This document shows, in pieces, positions 63,558-63,590 of a stretch of 63,590 nucleotides of DNA. Numbering within the stretch: position 1 is the stretch's first letter; every line of letters begins with the position of its first letter. The DNA comes from Guillardia theta CCMP2712. Lineage: Eukaryota > Protista > Cryptophyta. The stretch spans positions 332,235-395,824 of the forward strand of contig NW_005434603.1 of the NCBI RefSeq assembly GCF_000315625.1, read 5' to 3'. The notes under the pieces were generated by a model, which worked only from the letters and a program-made list of their open reading frames with translations, was not told the DNA's origin and ran no database searches. Both the position numbers and the translations under genes were made by a program.

Positions 63558-63590
63558 AGCTAAACCTCCTGGCACACAGCGCACAGCGAG

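Overview
Eukaryotic, gene-dense and intron-rich nuclear DNA. It is most consistent with a cryptophyte alga (Guillardia/Hanusia type). This is an inference from the short CTGAC-branchpoint introns, bipartite signal+F/LRGG leaders and a cryptophyte-style 'QSSFYPCENNTISV' repeat. About 17 protein-coding loci can be reconstructed by splicing: GNL1-like GTPase, RPA2, TruA, a Cys/His-rich hypothetical, an inverted pair of ~105-aa paralogs, PH-PTEN-C2-SH3, TMEM234, a ~15.6-kb FN3/LamG secreted protein, DENR, GT25, UVR+TolB-like propeller, ERGIC3, B3GNTL1/QTGAL, a PDZ/coiled-coil protein, a tandem methyltransferase-like protein and threonine aldolase. The window also holds a 1.6-kb non-autonomous copia-type LTR element, many intronic microsatellites and six N-gaps. 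The most striking unexplained structure is non-coding. GC-rich islands built from a small vocabulary of short palindromic words sit upstream of gene starts, flanked by strand-oriented ACCCC/GGGGT fields. By my manual alignment, the two LTRs next to these islands differ internally only by short insertions/micro-inversions drawn from the same vocabulary, with no point substitutions. This suggests a localized insertion-generating process (e.g. transposon-excision or hairpin-repair footprints) that builds these islands. Exon boundaries were read by eye and are approximate.
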